Shown here: in pieces, positions 22,264 through 24,000 of the stretch | Layout: every line of letters starts with the position of its first letter | Numbering within the stretch: the stretch's first letter is position 1 | NCBI GenBank assembly: GCA_027491415.1 | Contig: JAOZFH010000063.1 | Span: 8,768 to 32,767, forward strand | DNA from: Thermoproteota archaeon | GTDB lineage: Archaea > Korarchaeota > Korarchaeia > Korarchaeales > Korarchaeaceae | DNA: 24,000 nt | Direction of reading: 5' to 3' | Notes under the pieces: generated by a model | Databases searched by the model: none | Told to the model about the DNA's origin: nothing | What the model saw: only the letters and a program-made list of their open reading frames with translations | Translations under genes and position numbers: made by a program

Positions 22264-23300
22264 GCCCTTGAACAGCAGCTCTCATACCACATCCACACCG
22301 CATCCTCTTCCGGGTAGATCAGCGTGGAGTTCCAGACCGTCTTCTCGACGAACGACAGGTTGGAGAGGTCGAGGTCATAGCCCGGCACCCAAGGGACGCA
22401 CACCACTCCGGTTACCGACTCGTTGTTCGCGGGCTCCTCGAGCATGGACCTGACAACGTCCAGAACCTCCTCAGCCGGGATCTTGGGGCTGGCCAGCACG
22501 AGGTACTGGGTCTTCCAGTCCTCCGAGAAGAACGTGACCTCGTGCCAGAAGTGCGGGTGGCTGGGGCTCTCCCCCCTCATGAGGTGAGCGTAAACAGGCC
22601 TGCCGCCCACCTCCAGGAGGAGATCCTCGGCATCCGGGACGGTCAGGACGACCGAGGTCCCATCCCTGAACCGGTACCTGTAGGTGGTCGCCCCCGGCTC
22701 CCTGGTCACGATCACATTGTCGACCTGATCCAAGGGGGCCGCAGGGTTCCTCTCGGCCAGCAGCTCCAGCGGGTCCTTGGGAGGGCTCTGAGCCCGCTTC
22801 ACAAATCCCTCCATCAGCGACTCAGACGCCTCCGGCGGGAGATCTGGGTGATGAATCTCTATTATGACCATTCCACCGGACAGGATAACCTCGGGTACGC
22901 TGATGATCCCACCCTCTTCTATCCCACCCGGGGCGTAGACGAGGTGCACCGTGACCCGCCCGTCGTCAGAGGAGTACCAGACGCCCGCCAGCTCAAGGCC
23001 CGGCGGGGTCACGCTGGGCGCGAGCAGTTCAAACTGGGCCCTGTCGTGGGCCTCACGGAGCGAGAGCCGCTCCCCGGGTATAGGCTCTGGCGGGGGCGCC
23101 CACGCGCCGGACGACGACTGAGGGTGGCGGGCCGCGGACAGGTCTGATCTACCCCGCCCCCGGCCTTGGTGGATCAAGAATACTCCCAATCCGGCGGCGA
23201 CGAGGGCGAGCAGGAGGCACGCGGCCAGCGCGTGAGGCCTCACTTCCCTAGCACTCCCACCACGTTCGTAAAAATTCCTTAATCGCCAAGTGCCTAACAC
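22245..23300 (-). CDS. Hypothetical single-pass membrane protein with a large extracytoplasmic domain (DUF4367-like by recollection)
   Basis: TM anchor ALAACLLLALVAAGLGVFLI. The ectodomain blocks LSLREAHDRAQFELLAPSVTPPGLELAGVW...VTVHLVY and LLEVGGRPVYAHL...HEVTFFSEDWKTQYLVLASPKIPAEEVLDVVRSM resemble the DUF4367 pattern. The tail is Trp/Cys-rich. The track start is GTG 23300. GTG 23243, 25-33 nt downstream of AATTTTTAC, is an alternative. Confidence 0.65.
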   Translation of the reverse strand: MLGTWRLRNFYERGGSAREVRPHALAACLLLALVAAGLGVFLIHQGRGRGRSDLSAARHPQSSSGAWAPPPEPIPGERLSLREAHDRAQFELLAPSVTPPGLELAGVWYSSDDGRVTVHLVYAPGGIEEGGIISVPEVILSGGMVIIEIHHPDLPPEASESLMEGFVKRAQSPPKDPLELLAERNPAAPLDQVDNVIVTREPGATTYRYRFRDGTSVVLTVPDAEDLLLEVGGRPVYAHLMRGESPSHPHFWHEVTFFSEDWKTQYLVLASPKIPAEEVLDVVRSMLEEPANNESVTGVVCVPWVPGYDLDLSNLSFVEKTVWNSTLIYPEEDAVWMWYESCCSRAWWEKN

Positions 23301-23393
23301 AGCCTCCTGACTGCCGCCACGATGACAAACTCTTCAACTCGATCCGTAATGGTATCTGCCAGGTCAGCCCAGCGGCCTGAACCTCCCTCCCTC

Positions 23394-23791
23394 CTATTCG
23401 GCGGCTCCCCTCACGCTCTCGTCCGAGCCCACATAGACCAGCCTCCCGGCCAGCGCCACGGCCCCGTGAACGGAGTCAAAGAATCTCAGGCCGTACCTAT
23501 CCCTCAGCTCGGCGGCCAGGGCGGCGTGGGAGAGGCTTAACCCCGGGGACTCCACCCTGGCGAACGTGGAGATGACAGTCTGCATGGCGCCCAGGGCCCT
23601 CGCAATGCTTGAGTCGTCGAGCCCGGCGGACCTCATGACGAGGGCCGCCTCCAGCGGCGCGGCCGGGGACAGATTTATCACCACCCTCCCGGCTCGGGCC
23701 TCCTCTAGCAGCGCCATGACGGCGTAGTGAGGCCCACCCCCCTCCTAAGGCCGCAGAGGAAGTCAGTCTCCACCAGGACCCTCTCGGGCAA
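23394..23791 (-). pseudogene. PIN-domain toxin (VapC-like) split by a 1-nt frameshift in a G6/C6 homopolymer
   Basis: From TTG 23791: (L)PERVLVETDFLCGLRRG. After the C6 run at 23737-23742 the homologous frame becomes that of ORF 23394..23717: GPHYAVMALLEEARAGRVVINLSPAAPLEAALV...RYGLRFFDSVHGAVALAGRLVYVGSDESV. One extra G in the sense strand would fuse them. Confidence 0.75.
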
Positions 23792-24000
23792 CGCCCCACC
23801 TCCTCGCCGCCTCCTCGATCGCGGCCTCTTCCGCCCTCTTCCTGGCCTCGCGGTCGAATCTCAGACCTCCCAAGAGCCTCTCAAGGGTCTCGAACGGGTC
23901 CTCGACCTTCTCGAGCACGATCCTGTCTCCCCTCGTGGAGACCCTCAGCCGGTCCCCGGGCCTCACCCCCGGGGCCGACCTCACCTCCCTGGGGAGCGTG
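23763..24000 (-). CDS. vapB: AbrB/SpoVT-type antitoxin (VapB), 5' end beyond the window
   Basis: The frame is open to the window edge. ...LPREVRSAPGVRPGDRLRVSTRGDRIVLEKVEDP is an AbrB-like swapped-hairpin segment. Its stop overlaps the start of the downstream PIN gene. Confidence 0.7.
   Translation of the reverse strand, partial: TLPREVRSAPGVRPGDRLRVSTRGDRIVLEKVEDPFETLERLLGGLRFDREARKRAEEAAIEEAARRWGVAREGPGGD

Noticed and set aside
23322-23540. Plus-strand 72-aa ORF in the gap between the split PIN gene and the membrane-protein gene.
   Set aside because: Most of it is antisense to the PIN C-terminal half, whose homology is clear. It has no motifs of its own.
1-24000. CRISPR arrays, rRNA genes, an intact transposase or integrase, or att-like direct repeats flanking the accessory block.
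   Set aside because: Scanning by eye, I found no regularly spaced direct repeats, no rRNA-like conserved blocks, and no integrase or intact transposase ORF. The right boundary of the accessory region lies beyond the window, so flanking repeats cannot be assessed.

Overview
Visibly GC-rich archaeal chromosomal DNA. Archaeal markers include aRF1, aEF-1beta, L40e, Pth2, FEN1, Bud32, an intron-containing tRNA, and TATA-like boxes about 25 nt upstream of genes. The species cannot be identified from the sequence alone. nt 1-18250 is a tightly packed housekeeping block. It holds a RecJ-like DHH nuclease, S15, a Ham1 ITPase, Bud32 kinase, an interrupted PIMT gene, DUF371, TruD, Pth2, a GT4 glycosyltransferase and FEN1. 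It also holds a Zn-ribbon/aEF-1beta operon headed by a membrane-tethered wHTH protein, HisRS, aRF1, a GlmU-like LbH protein, L40e, and head-to-head sucD/sucC. Six tRNA genes sit in this block (Arg-CCU with intron, Cys, His, Ala, Gly-CCC, Arg-GCG), all with genome-encoded CCA. nt ~18250-24000 looks accessory and partly decayed. It starts with a degraded IS200/IS605-type tnpA remnant next to a local GC drop. Next come a small Cys-rich secreted ORF broken by an in-frame TAG and a sequon-rich surface protein. The rest is a co-oriented string of three VapBC-like toxin-antitoxin modules. One module is intact. One PIN toxin is destroyed by a frameshift at a 32-bp perfect palindrome plus a TAA. One PIN is split at a homopolymer. 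These modules bracket an uncharacterised two-gene cassette that is stop/start-coupled to an RHH antitoxin: a membrane-anchored ectodomain protein plus an internally duplicated protein. No CRISPR array, rRNA or intact transposase was seen. Most additional ORFs in the six-frame track are GC-driven shadow ORFs.
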